Assembly (NCBI GenBank): GCA_964106915.2
Contig: OZ066923.1
DNA: 64,000 nt
Source of the DNA: Podarcis gaigeae
Lineage: Eukaryota
Strand: one strand, 5' to 3'
The notes under the pieces: model-generated
What the model saw: the letters and a program-made list of their open reading frames with translations, nothing else
Databases searched by the model: none
What the model was told of the DNA's origin: nothing
Made by a program: the position numbers and the translations under genes
Shown here: one piece after another, positions 1-12,330 of the stretch
Layout of the letters: each line of letters opens with the position of its first letter
Numbering within the stretch: the stretch's first letter is position 1

Positions 1-120
1 TGAAGACCTAATGTATCGGTGTGAGGAATCAGCATGAGGCAGTGGCTGAAGCATGCAGCTGGGAAACCCAGCTTCACATTCCCATGCACATGTAAAATCT
101 AATGGTGCCTACCTTTCAAG

Positions 121-474
121 GGTAAAGGTAAAGGGACCCCTGACCGTTAGATCCAGTTGTGGCCGACTCTGGGGTTGCGGCACTCATCTCGCTTTATTGG
201 CCGAGGAAGCTGGCGTACAGCTTCCGGGTAATGTGGCCAGCATGACTAAGCCGCTTCTGGTGAACCAGAGCAGCGCACGGAAATGCCATTTACCTTCCCA
301 CCAGAGTGGTACCTATTTATCTACTTGCACTTTGATGTGCTTTCAAACTGCTAGGTTGGCAGGAGCAGGGACCGAGCAACAGGAGCTCACCCCGTTAAGG
401 GGATTCGAACCACCAACCTTCTGATTGGCAAGTCCTAGGCTCTGTGGTTTAACCCACAGCGCCACCCGCGTCCC
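121..474 (-). mobile_element. Sauria SINE, full length
   Basis: tRNA-like head (GGGACGCGGGTGGCGCTGTGG ... GGTTCGAATCC box B) and (ACCTTT)n tail; TSD CCTTTCAAG at 112-120 and 477-485. Confidence 0.9.
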
Positions 475-1240
475 TTCCTTTCAAGTGTACTATGATGTTA
501 AGATGCTGCTCCGAAATGTTTAGAAAAAGGAGGGGATAATAACACATATAGGATACCATGGAATGACGGTAGGTTTAAACAAAAAATAGGAGAACCGTTG
601 AATGATAGCTATGAGCTTTCAGATAATTTTATGCAGGACAAATGGAGAAAGCTCCAACTATGGAAAAGATGTGTTTGCCGTGGGTGTGGGTGGGAGGAAA
701 GAGATTCTGCTGCTTACTAACATGAAGGTAAAAGCTTAATATCTATTTCAGTCATTTAATCCTTTTTTCCCCCACAAGTATATTGCGGCTTAGTTCTATT
801 CAAAATGTTATTTTTGCTCCTATTGCATTCTGCACGCAGAAGTGGCATGCGATAAATTGCTACCCTGACAACTGTACTCCTGCTTTTGACTGTCGAAGAA
901 AATAACCCAAGAAACAGCCACACAAAAGAAACACTGTAATTTTCTGTGGAATGCGGCTTCATCTCCCAACTGCCAAAGTGTTCTGCCAAGAAACCCCCCA
1001 CCAAGTCTGGGCAGTAAACAGGGACTTCCTGGTATTCCTACTGGTTTTCTAGAGGCACACACTCTGTCCAGGACTAAATCGCCTCCCATCTCATCTCAAA
1101 TGGTTGCTTTGTAAGGAAGAAGAAAGCCTGAATATACAGCTTGCACAAACTTGCATAATACCTCCTTTTAAAAACGTAGTCTTCTACAGTTGTGCTTAAC
1201 TAAACGCTCAGTTTCTATACGACAGTAATAAAACTTAAGC

Positions 1241-1376
1241 CAGGCATCCCCAGCCTTCGGCCCTCCAGATGTTTTGGACTACAATTCCCATCATCCCTGA
1301 CCACTGGTCCTGTTAGCTAGGGATCATGGGAGTTGTAGGCCAAAGCATCTGGAGGGCCGCAGGTTGGGGATGCCTG
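1241..1376. mobile_element. Palindromic hAT-type MITE
   Basis: CAGGCATCCCC...GGGGATGCCTG with a nearly full-length hairpin; 8-bp TSD acttaagc/acttaaac. Decayed relatives at about 1810, 14780, 19880, 22380, 25640, 49305, 50855, 53060 and 60245. Confidence 0.85.
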
Positions 1377-1949
1377 ACTTAAACACACAAGGAGAAAAAT
1401 ATAGCTACACTTTCAGTTCTTGCCTACAGTGGATACGGTGCTCTCCCTTTTTCTTACAGCCTACATAAATGAGAATTAAAGCTTCTTTTAAAGTTCACAG
1501 ACACACAAATTACTTTTTTGTAACCAAGTCTGAACCTCGTGGTTTTCTATATTGCATACCCAATTTCCATGGATCACAAATCAAATATACAGAACTGATA
1601 TAAGCTGGAAACTGCAGGACAATTGATCATCCTGAAAGTATGGTTGGGCAAGGCAAAACTGCTGCAAACACAACAGCTCAAAAATCACGGTGTTTCTGCA
1701 AGTATCACGCATGTTGTTGCTTAGAGGGAACTATTCAAAAGAGTTCTCCATCTCGTAATAAATATTCAATTCATTCCTCTGTCATGAATGGTATGAGCCT
1801 TGCTGTCATGTAGGGACAGCAAATGTGGGTCCCTCCAGATGTTGTAGAGCTCCAACACCCATCACCCCTACCATTTGGTAATGCTGGCTGGGGCTGGTGA
1901 AATATAAACCAACAACAATTGGCTAACTCTGCTGTAATGATTGAATCTT

Positions 1950-2470
1950 TATTTGCGGCAGCCATCGGCCATAGCAATAAAACAAGAATGCGATATACAA
2001 AGAATAGAAATAAAAGGTCAATTATATAAAATACATTTTAGGGTTTTGAATCAATAGTCAAAATAGTGGATCTTATTCTGATTGCCCCAGCTAAAAACCT
2101 TGCAAACTTTGCTGTCACCTGCTCATCTTGATCTGCCAAGAGAAAGGACATGGTGGCAGTGGTTGGGCGACCCGGAATGGACAATAAAAGAGGGGTGATA
2201 ATCTCATTCCTCAAGTCTTTATAAAGAGTGCAAGCCAGAAGGGCATATGCCATTGATTCGGTACTTCCATCTCCACAGGGACAGAAGCGTTTTTCATGTG
2301 GAATCTGTTGGAATCATTCCTCAAGTACAGCTGAGGGCAATATATTCAATCTTGCAAGAGTAAAAGCGTGTCCATATTTTAGAATTGCTAGGTTATGCAG
2401 ATAGGGTGCCAGAGATTCGAAATGGGAAGGTGTAATCAAATCAGTAGTGTGGGTCAGAAAAAATTTCAGT
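1950..2470 (-). mobile_element. Degenerate non-LTR retrotransposon ORF2 3' fragment
   Basis: Minus strand reads HAFTLARLNILPSAVLEE*FQQIPHEKRFCPCGDGSTESMAYALLAC, a decayed zinc-knuckle region of a LINE ORF2 C-terminus; clade not determined. Confidence 0.6.
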
Positions 2471-2495
2471 GCTTTTATTTTTCCAAAAATAGATA

Positions 2496-2966
2496 CCGTA
2501 TTTTTTGCCCCATAGGACGCACTGGCCCATAGGACGCACCTAGTTTTTTGGGGGGGGAAATAAAGGGGGGGGAATTATTTTTTTTCCCCCAGGTGCGGGG
2601 CTGGGGCGGGGGAAGCCCGAGCTTCCCCCGACCCCAGCCCCCAGAACAGGCTGCTATCTGCAGTCGCGCAGCTCTCCCACGGCTAGCGGAGCGCTGCGCA
2701 AAGCCCGAAGCTTGGGGCGTGCTGAGCTCAGCGCGCCCCAAGCTTCTGGGTGCAGGCAAGCTCTCCGCTAGCCGTGGGAGAGCTGAGTCTCCCACCACTT
2801 GCGCAGAGCTTCCTGAAGCCTGGAGAGGGAGAGGGGTCAGTGCGCACTGACCCCCCCTCGCTCTCCAGACTTCAGCGAAAGCCTGCATTCGCTCCATAGG
2901 ACGCACACACATTTCCCCTTCATTTTTGGAGAGGGAAAAGTGCGTCCTATAGGGCGAAAAATACGC
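2496..2966. mobile_element. Tc1/mariner-pogo (Tc2-like) non-autonomous DNA transposon
   Basis: TA-flanked terminal inverted repeats (TIRs) CCGTATTTTTTGCCCCATAGGACGCAC ... GTGCGTCCTATAGGGCGAAAAATACGC; CpG-rich interior. Confidence 0.85.
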
Positions 2967-3126
2967 TAGATAGATAGATAGATATTCATTTCATAAGCTC
3001 ATTAGTAGCAAAGACTGGATGACAATTACAAATATGGTCTTTGGGAGGTTTGGCAGTATCAAATTTTTAGCTTTGTTTATTAAATACAAGTGAAACAAAC
3101 ATTCTAAGTTAGATCATTCTCTAGGG

Positions 3127-3335
3127 CAGAGCTTTCCAAATTTTTCAGGTTGGTGAAACACTTTTTAGACATACATCACTTTGCGACACAGTAATTCAGT
3201 TTTACTTAGCACACCACAGAGGTTGAACTAATCCCTTTCCGGCCCCAGGAGGAGAGAAGAGAGTGTTTGTGTGACACACCTACACAGTGCAGCCGACACA
3301 CTAATGTGCCGTGACACACAGTTCGGAAAGCTCTG
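3127..3335. mobile_element. hAT (Charlie-like) MITE
   Basis: TIR CAGAGCTTTCC/GGAAAGCTCTG; 8-bp TSD ctctaggg/ttctaggg with a TCTAG core. Confidence 0.8.
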
Positions 3336-4046
3336 TTCTAGGGCATCTGAACATTTTCCGAAGCAAGACACCCAATTTGGATAGGAAGATTTTCCAGAAT
3401 TATTTTCAGAATGTCCACAGCTAACCAGAAGACATAACCTGACCATACCATGCCTTTCTTTAATACTCAATATTTACAATAGAATCTGTTGTACTTTGAC
3501 TTGGTGTGTTTGACCAGGCTTAATCCCTAAAAATCGTCTTATGAACATCTTTAATAATAACAACTATATAAAAATCATGAGGGTCAAAGCTTCCCAAGGC
3601 ATTGCATTGCTAAATCTTTGTTTTATACAGTCAGTAATCCAAACCCCCAAGGGAGCTGGTTGTTACCTGATGCAACTCCTGAACTCCCTTCCCCCGCCAA
3701 GCACATATCGAGGCTTGAGGATTTTTAGCAAGACAGGCAGCTGCATTCAAACAAAGGATTTGGAATGCACGTAATTGACACTGAAGAGGATGTAAACAAA
3801 TTACAGTAAATAATTTAATGTTTCTAGAGACAGCATTGAACAAAAAACCTCTATTCGTATTTTACAGCTAAGCATTGTCTTAGAATTCAACTTTTAGCAA
3901 AAATAAATGGCGAGGGAAGAGATTACTCCAGAAACTATTGTAGCAGGATGGTTCAAGTAGTGCAGATTAATTCCAGGAACAGGCATCTTAAGATATTCAT
4001 TTTACCTCCAGAAGCAAAAATGAAAAAAGCAACATGCTATCATTAA

Positions 4047-4560
4047 GAGCAATGACAAACCTAGACAGCATCTTAAAAAGCAGAGACATCACCTTGCCGA
4101 CAAAGGTCCGTATTGTTAAAGCTATGGTTTTCCCAGTAGTGACGTATGGAACTGAGAGCTGGACCATAAAGAAGGCTGATTGCCGAAGAATTGATGCTTT
4201 TGAATTATGGTGCTGGAGGAGACTCTTGAGAGTCCCATGGACTGCAAGAAGATCAAACGCATCCATTCTGAAGGAAACCAACCCTGAGTGCTCACTGGAA
4301 GGACAGATCGTGAAGCTGAGGCTCTAATACTTTGGCCACCTCATGAGAAGAGAAGACTCCCTGGAAAAGACCCTGATGCTGGGAAAGATTGAGGGCACAA
4401 GGAGAAAGGGACGACAGAGGACGAGATGGCTGGACAGTGTTCTCTAAGCTACCAGCATGAGTTTGACCAAACTGCGGGAGGCAGTGGAAAACAGGAGTGC
4501 CTGGCGTGCTCTGGTCCATGGGGTCACAAAGAGTCAGATACGACTAAACAATAACAACAA
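4047..4560 (+). mobile_element. BovB (RTE clade) LINE, 5'-truncated 3' end
   Basis: AMTNLDSILKSRDITLPTKVRIVKAMVFPVVTYGTESWTIKKADCRRIDAFELWCWRRLLRVPWTARRSN is the BovB ORF C-terminus. In-frame stop at 4325-4327 and a (CAA)n-like tail. Confidence 0.93.
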
Positions 4561-5270
4561 ATAGGTAACAAAAAATGGACACTTTTGATCACCTCGTCAT
4601 AGTCATGCCAGAGACAGATAAGGGAGGGGGAGCATGCAAGCCCCCAAGTCTTGTTCCGGCCATGATCAACTATGGTTGAGCATGACTTCCCAACTGGCCA
4701 ATTTACACACAATTTGATCCTAGCATTCGGCATTGCTCTAGTCTGGAAGTGTCCTTGTCTTCATTGTGAAAAGATGAATTAATCAAGTACAAATGAGAGC
4801 AGCAACAAAACTCCTGCTCAGTCAAGTTGTGCCCTCTTCCAGGATACTCCAATCCATTCAATGCCACCCCCTTTTCCATTTGTACCTTTCGAGTCCACTC
4901 AGCATGCTCAGCTTTAGCCAGGCTGGGTTTTTTGGGTGGGGGGGGGCAGCTCTTAGGGTATTTCTTCTCAAATATGTTCTGTACTTCTGGGAACCATGCC
5001 AATCATTCTCTCTTGCTTCAGTGGCCTCATTTTGGCTAAGATCCTGCCAGCACTCACCAGCCAAACCAGCTATTAGAGGGAGTGATTTACACTTTCAGGT
5101 AACAAAGAAATGAATACAAGAACCAGTTTTGTGCTCATTCGGATGTAAAACAGACAAAACAACTTTGTGTTCTTACCAAGCACTGAATGGTGTTGGAAAC
5201 GCCAATTTCAGAAGTAAAAAGGACCTTAGAACTTCTATAGAGATAGTTATGCCATGTTTTGTCACCATTA

Positions 5271-5618
5271 AAAGGTAAAGGTAAAGGTACCCCTGCCCAT
5301 ACGGGCCACTCTTGACAGACTCTAGGGTTGTGCGCTCATCTCACTCTAGAGGCCAGGAGACAGCGCTGTCCGCAGACACTTCCGGGTCACGTGGCCAGCG
5401 TGACAAGCTGCATCTGGTGAGCCAGAGCTGCACACGGAAACTCCGTTTACCTTCCCGCTGGTAAGCGGTCCCTATTTATCTACTTGCACCCGGGGGTGCT
5501 TTCGAACTGCTAGGTTGGCAGGCGCTGGGACCGAACGACGGGAGCGCACCCCGCCGCGGGGATTCGAACCGCCGACCATGCGATTGGCAAGTCCTAGGCG
5601 CTGAGGTTTTTTTGACAC
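5271..5618 (-). mobile_element. Sauria SINE, CpG-rich young subfamily, slightly 5'-truncated
   Basis: (ACCTTT)n tail; perfect 14-bp TSD TTTTGTCACCATTA at 5257-5270 and 5619-5632. Confidence 0.9.
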
Positions 5619-8399
5619 TTTTGTCACCATTATTATATGGCAAATAAGACATTTTATGTAAATTACTGCCAGAGTAGTTCTACGCTCTCAAAGAAAAGCC
5701 AGCTTAAGCCTCATGTGTAAAGACAATCTAAGAAACAAGGAAGTTCCAATATTTAAATCTCTAGTGAAACAGTGACAGAAAGTTGTAAAAACACTTTAAA
5801 AAACAAACCACCATTTAAAGCTTATTTATGTTTTAGTTCTATAAACAGGGTGAAAGTGATATGGTTTAATCAGCACTCAAGGCTTGCTTACACAATGCAT
5901 TAGCCTCTGAGGAGACCTTAAAACATGTTTCGGTGTCACATGTGTCATAAGTTGCAAGCTAACGAAAGGAAAGAGGCTTTGAATACAAAAAGCTTTGGAC
6001 TGGCCTCTGTACAATTTCTGGGTAAGTGGCTAATAAATTATATTATGGACTTTAGCTTGGTAAGCACCAGACACTGGAGTCATGGACACAGTTCTCCAAA
6101 CACCACACAACACGCAAACACAGGGTCAATCCACATTTTCCGAAAGCACATGTGACACAGAGCTAATTAAGAGGGTACTTCAGTAAGGTATGAGATAGAA
6201 ATCCATACCTAAACTCATCCTAAAGTCATAAAACTTACAAAGTTTTAAGTTCTTAAAATATAAATCATTTTAAACATGCATAATAGGAAGAGTCTATGAC
6301 CACATCATTCCTTACATAATATATACATTGGAATTTTAATGTAGATAATGACCATTTCAGTTTTCCAGTCCATTAGAATGCTAACTTACATATCAGAAAT
6401 TAGTGTATCATCAAAAATAGGGAGGGAAACAGATTTTAAAATATTTTTCCCCACTTCTAATAAAGACATAATCTTGCCATTCTTTCCAGTAATGGTCTTC
6501 CCTTCAGGGGAAGACATCAGCACTCAGTGCCCATGGGCAGCTGTCGAGACCCCAAATCCCTGCCAAGGTCCAATGCTAATGTCTGTCTAGCCCCCCACTT
6601 TAGGTTTCCCCCCACCTCACGTAGTGCTCTGATCGGCACTGGCTGGCTGTCCTAGGTACCATTTAATTCCCCCCAATTCCCCCAATGAAGTGGCACTCTG
6701 GAGCATTAAGGGAAATTTAAATAATTCCCACCCAGGGCTGCAACTGACTGCTGCTAAAGTTGGGTAAGCCAGGGCCAAAAGAAATGGGGATTCACCAGGA
6801 AGGCCCTTTCTCCAGAGAACCAACAGAACCTGCTCATCTTCCAACTTTCTGCCCACCACCAGATTCCTAAGGATTTGTGTTTTTCCTGTATGTGTAGGAC
6901 AACAGACTGAGAGGTTCCTCAATTCACTTAAACAACAGCATTGAAGGGAAGGCTAACTCAAGATATTGCACATTTATAGATGAAGGATTAATTCTCCGCT
7001 AGGTACACAGCATGAACTGATAAACACACGTGACTCGCCAGCAGGCTTTTGCAATTTAGGGCTATTTTTGGCATTTTGAGATTCACAGACGTCTTACACC
7101 CACTCTATGCAGAATGCAGAATGCCACATTTAGATTCGGCCTCTGCATGAAAACCCTTAATGAACAGCCTGCAAGACAACCTCATTTATCCCAATCAAGC
7201 AAGACATAATCAAATCAGTAGACTTTTTAAAAAAAGAAAAACGTTAGAGGCAAGGGAATAGTTACATCTTTGATGAGGATTCTGGAAGTTTCCCCAGATT
7301 CCTGCCATCACTAGCCTTTGCACCCAATCACCAGAGACTACCTTCATCAACAATAACAACATAAGACAGAAAGCTGCTTTCTGACTTCTCTTGCTGTTTA
7401 CGATGAGATTCTTTTAAAAAATAATCTAGTTTCAACTGCAGATTTGCACCAGGTTACTACATATTTTAATAAACATTGTATAATAAAAGTGAGCATTTAT
7501 TTTTTTAAAAATACGAGAACTGTTTGAGTGGAAACTTATATGCATTACTAGTGAATTTGCATTCATCCCATTCAGTGTTCTTCCATTAAGGAATGAGGTT
7601 TCTAATCCTATTTGCAACTCTAATGCCCATTTCTGTCAGATGCATTTTTTTTATAATAAAAAAGGAAGAAAGAGCAATAACATGTAATTGAATATTTTGA
7701 AAAAAGTGTGAATTCAATCACTTTTGTTGTAAGGAAGATAACAGATATGTAAAGTGAGCCCCTGGTGCAGGAGGAGGAATGGACTATTTCTGGATAGAAG
7801 TACAAATGTTAACTGTTGGTTTACTATGGAGTTGAGCTGGTTAAAGATCTTAAGCGTAGAGCTTTACCTATCTTAAATTCCAAAAAATCTGTCTTTCGTT
7901 AAATATTTTAAAGGTAATCTTCCTAGCAAAATTCTTTCAATCTTTGCCATCTCTGCACAACACAAAGCTATGGGTTGTTTTTTTACTCTGACCAAAGGAC
8001 ACGACTCCCTTGAGTTAATGTTTATTTGGCAGGAAATGTTCCACCACTTCTTCTGCTACTCTTATCCTCTACACTTTTAGTGTTAAATCTCAAAGTTTCC
8101 ATTAAAGCCAAACATTTAAAGAGACAGTGTGATATATCAGTTAGAATGTTGGACCAGAATGTTGGAAAATCTCCACCCAGCTGTGAAGTTAACTAAACAA
8201 TCTTGGGCCAGGCTCTCAGCCTAACCTGCCACACAAGGCTGTTGTGAGGAGAAGCATGCACAACATTTTCAGCACTCTTGTGGCAAGAGGAACATCGGTG
8301 TGATAATAAAATAAATCTCCTGCACAGTCAGATAAAAGTTCTCTGGTAGAAGGTGGCTAGCAGAAACCCTGGAGAGCATCAGTCAGAGTAAATAGTAAG

Positions 8400-8750
8400 T
8401 AAAGGTAAAGGAACTCTGGATGGTTAAGTCCAGTCAAAGGTGACTGTGGGGTTGTGGCGCTCATCTCGCTTTCAGGCCGAGGGAGCCAGCATTTGTCCAC
8501 AGACAGCTTTCCAGGCCATGTGGCCAGCATGACTAAACCGCTTCTGGCGCAACGGAACACCGTGACGGAAGCCAGAGTGCACGGAAACGCCGTTTACCTT
8601 CCTGCCACAGCAGTACCTATTTATCTACTTGCACTGGTATGCTTTCAAACTGCTAGGTTAGCAGGACCTGTGACAGAGCAACGGGAGCTCACCCTGTCAC
8701 GGGGATTCAAACCGCCGACCTTCTGATCAGCAAGCCGAAGAGGCTCAGTG
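8400..8750 (-). mobile_element. Sauria SINE
   Basis: Aligns by eye with the copies at 121 and 38428; 5' end truncated. Confidence 0.88.
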
Positions 8751-9209
8751 GGTTACAAATGGCAGTTTGTGTATTCAATAGCAGGTATGTGAGGTTATAC
8801 AAAGGATGCCTTGCTTGATTCTTTTGCTAGTATCATGAACATGTAAACACTACAAACATGTATTTGGTGCATGTTACAAATCAAGTTGCTCAGCGGCTCT
8901 GCTAGGTCACTGAGCCACTTCTCGATAAGCACCTAATCCACTGAGCCAATGGCTCAGCGGGGCTATATCACTAGCTAAGAACAACTTGCAGGATGACATA
9001 AAACAGGCAGTGCAATGAACCAAGGTGATCTTGGAAGCAGAGTGAGGGCTAACAGAAGTGCAGGACTTATATCAGGCAAGCAAAACACAACTTTGTGGCT
9101 GCATAATGTTACCTACTAACTCAAACCCTAAGGCCAGAAATACTGTTAAATCAATTAGGCCCAAACTCCAAATGACAGCTATAATGTCCCCTCCCCTTTT
9201 TCCAGATTA

Positions 9210-9414
9210 CAATCATGCCTCGGGTTATAGATACTTCAGGTTGCGCACTGCGCCGAACCTGGAAGTACCGGAACAGGTTACTTCCGGTTTTCGGTGCTTT
9301 GCACATGTGCAAAAGCGCCGAATCGCGGTCTGCGTGTGCGCAGACACGGTGCTGCACTGCGGGTTGTGAACGCGCCTCCCACACGGATCCCGTTCGCAAC
9401 CCAAGCGTCCACTG
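9210..9414. mobile_element. Tigger/pogo-like MITE
   Basis: TA-flanked, ends ...CAACCCAAGCGTCCACTG-TA; internal GGAAGTACC/GGTTACTTCC inverted repeat. Confidence 0.6.
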
Positions 9415-11619
9415 TATTACATTGCCCCCTAAATCTCTCTGCTTCCCCAATCATTATCAGTTGCTCAGTCTGACTAGTAGTGCTGCTCCTGAGACCAACC
9501 AGTTCTCAGACACAGTGTGAAGAACTGCTGCTGCAGGTAAACAAATGAGACAGTAGCCTATGTATCCAAGGAGCATGGCAACCAGTGACAAACAGCAGTT
9601 GACAGAGAATGCGCATGGCAATGCGGCTATGAATCAGGACTAGATTCCTAGGCAAGCTAGGGGTAATACTGTTTACTACTTGCATTGGGCAAATTAAATT
9701 TGCATACCTGTGCCCATAGCAATCTGTGCAGAGTACAAGGCTACTTTTCAATGTGCACTATTAGAATATCCATTAACTTGCTTCTAGGTCATTTAAAAAA
9801 TCTTCAAAATATATTTGTTTGCAGGGTGCTAAGGAGATGTCATGATACTCAAAATATGTTTTGCTCTAACGAAAATGACAATTCTAAGATACACTTGAAT
9901 ATTCTCCACTAAATATGGCCCTTCTAAAATGAGATTTGAGTATTAAGTGTCAGCTGCAAGTTACATGGACATTAGTTATTTATTAAAAGCATAATGACTA
10001 GGATAAATTATTTATCCCTCTTTATTCTCAAGGTAATGTTAACCTAGCGTAACAGAACTCTAGCACTAGTAAATGGCCTTGGGGGGTTGAATAGACAAAG
10101 GACTTAAGGGGGGGAGGGGACAGATTAAGGGTGATGTGACCATGCACAGAAAACAAGAAACATATATAAACTGCCAGAAACATTAAAAAGCACACAATTT
10201 TGTTTTAATTTCTGCACACCATCCCCCTTGTTTCATGTATAATAGATTAAACTTATGCAGTAATGACATTCATATGCATGCATTATCAACCTTTCATCTA
10301 CGTTAGAAGCAATTTTCAAAGAACCATACATTATTTCTTTTTTTATTTTTAATGCCCTACCGTTTATGAACCAAGCAGACAAGGAAGAGCTTGTACAAAT
10401 GAGAGAGACAAGACCTATCAAAATAAAAGTTGCTTTCACAACTTTTTCAAACCAAACACTGCTTCAGAAAATAGTTGTTTTGTTCCCCCACAAGCCACCA
10501 TCCAGAACTTTTAACATTAACTGTGAAGGAACAGAGACTCCATTTATCCTTCCTTCAACTTAACCTCAATTTCATAATACTGTTACCTTAAATCTGCAGT
10601 ACTTACAGTATTGGTAATCTCCAGTTACAAGGTATTAGCATGCTATTGAAAGTAGGTCTCCTATTGATAAATTGTTCTAGACAACACAATGGACACTTTA
10701 ATTTTAAGAACAACGGACACATTCTGCTTTACATCCAGCAGAACTGTCAAGTTCGTATCAAAACTTTAAAGACAATGTTTTAATGAAAAACGTCAATGTT
10801 TAACTCCAAGAACAAAGTGTTACTGTCAACTCTTCATGAAGAGTAATTCCAATCCATTCTCCATGTTAATTTTTAAAGCAACGATTACCAGCACCTTCCC
10901 ATTCCCTTCATGAAATTTGCCTCTTAAATTCATTTAACTTTGTTTCTTATGCAAAGCTTTCTCTATCATCCTCCCAAATTCTAGTCCCCCTTCAGTCAAG
11001 ATCAAGTTCAGAATAAGTTGTGCTAATTAAACTTGCATATATTGCCCTTGTATAATTTATTCTGCTTTCAAGATGGAATATAGGGGATGACAGCTGGGAA
11101 CAGCATTAAATTATGTAGCCGGCAGAGCCAGGAAAGCAGGGCATAGAAACAACAAACGCTCTTGGAGCAGACGACTGGCTAGCCAGACATCATTATGGCT
11201 GCCACAGGGTTGCAAACATTACTCTGCACGTTTGCAGGCTTTCCAACTTGCAAGTGCTGGCTTTCTGAAAAACAACAGAAAGACTGACTGTGCAAAATGT
11301 GGCCGTCTGCAGACGGCCGGGCCACAGGCGCTGAGTGCTGGGAACCTCGTAGGGTGTCTAGAATGAATGCAAAGCCACTTTAAAAAGTGTCAAGGGTTTA
11401 AAAACCATAGATCCTGGGTGTCCAACCCTCTCTTAAGAAACACCGTTAAATGCAGTGCTATCTAGGAAGCTGCATCAGGTTACCCCCCCCCCACCTCCAT
11501 CAAATACTATCTTCATTCACCCCTTCTCGCATCTGAACTGGTGCCATCGGTATATGGTGGTTAGACACCCTTCCTTGATGAATGCACTAAGGTGGGGGAG
11601 GAGAGAAGGAGCCGCTCTT

Positions 11620-12330
11620 GAGCGCATTTGGGCAAGGTGACTCCGTCGAGTTTGAGGGCTGGAAGTGATCTAGGAGGCGCACCCCGCGTGGAAAGAGAGG
11701 GGTGCAGAACGGCGCCTCTCCGCCATGGGTGCCTAGCAAAACACAGCAGGGACGGAGGTGGCGGCGGGGAAGGGAAGGGCCTCCCCTCCAGGCGTCCCGG
11801 CTGCTCGGGAGCTGCGTGTTTCGGGTGCTCCGCGGAGCCCCGGCCTGGGGACAGGAGGAGTCCCCGACGGGGTGGGAGGCGAGAAGGTGCCACAGGTGGG
11901 CCTGGGCGCCCCGGAGAGCCAGAGTTGCAGAGAAGGACAGAAAAGGCTTACCTGCCAAGCCGAGTGAGACGCTTCCCTGCCAAAGGCGGCGGCGGCTCCC
12001 TGCGCTGCTCCCTCTTCCTTCGGCGGCTGCAGCCAGTCTCTGATAACAAGAGGGCAAGCGGAGAGGCGGGGAGCCGCCGCGCATGCGCCCAAGGGGACGC
12101 GGCGCCCTCAGGCCGGGCGGAACTCCAGTAATCAGATGCCAGGTAAGAAGCAGCGGCCCGCTGGGTAGGAGGAGGAGGAGGTCCAGGTAGGCGGCGCCAG
12201 AGGGCTCCGCGGGCTCCTCCTGGAGGCTGCGTCCCGTCACTTCAACGCCTCTCCGGGCCCCAATCATGGGGAAAAAGAAGAGAGGGGCGGAAACTCTGCA
12301 AAGCTCTCCCTTTGCACTCAGCCGGACAGC
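11620..12330. promoter_or_regulatory. CpG-island promoter, probably RAB3IP (minus strand) with a non-coding first exon ending at 11952
   Basis: GC- and CpG-rich island in AT-rich DNA. NRF1-like CGCGCATGCGC at about 12078-12088, CCAAT at about 12260, GC box GGGGCGG at 12284-12290. Minus-strand donor CAG|GTAAGC at 11952/11951. Gene identity is inferred only from the mammalian order RAB3IP-BEST3-LRRC10-CCT2; no RAB3IP coding exon was found in the window. Confidence 0.7.

Noticed and set aside
53-424. Recurrent ORFs sharing ASMTKPLL...CFQTARLAG (also at 8454, 38523 and 49533)
   Set aside because: These are antisense translations of Sauria SINE copies, not a gene family.
395-474. tRNA-like box A / box B sequence
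   Set aside because: It is the tRNA-derived head of a SINE; no complete cloverleaf or acceptor stem.
1241-1376. Long hairpin resembling a pre-miRNA
   Set aside because: Multi-copy palindromic MITE with an 8-bp TSD; no evidence of processing can be read from the sequence.
1-11600. Search for RAB3IP coding exons
   Set aside because: None recognised. The region looks like a first intron, so the RAB3IP label stays a synteny-based inference and no CDS is reported.
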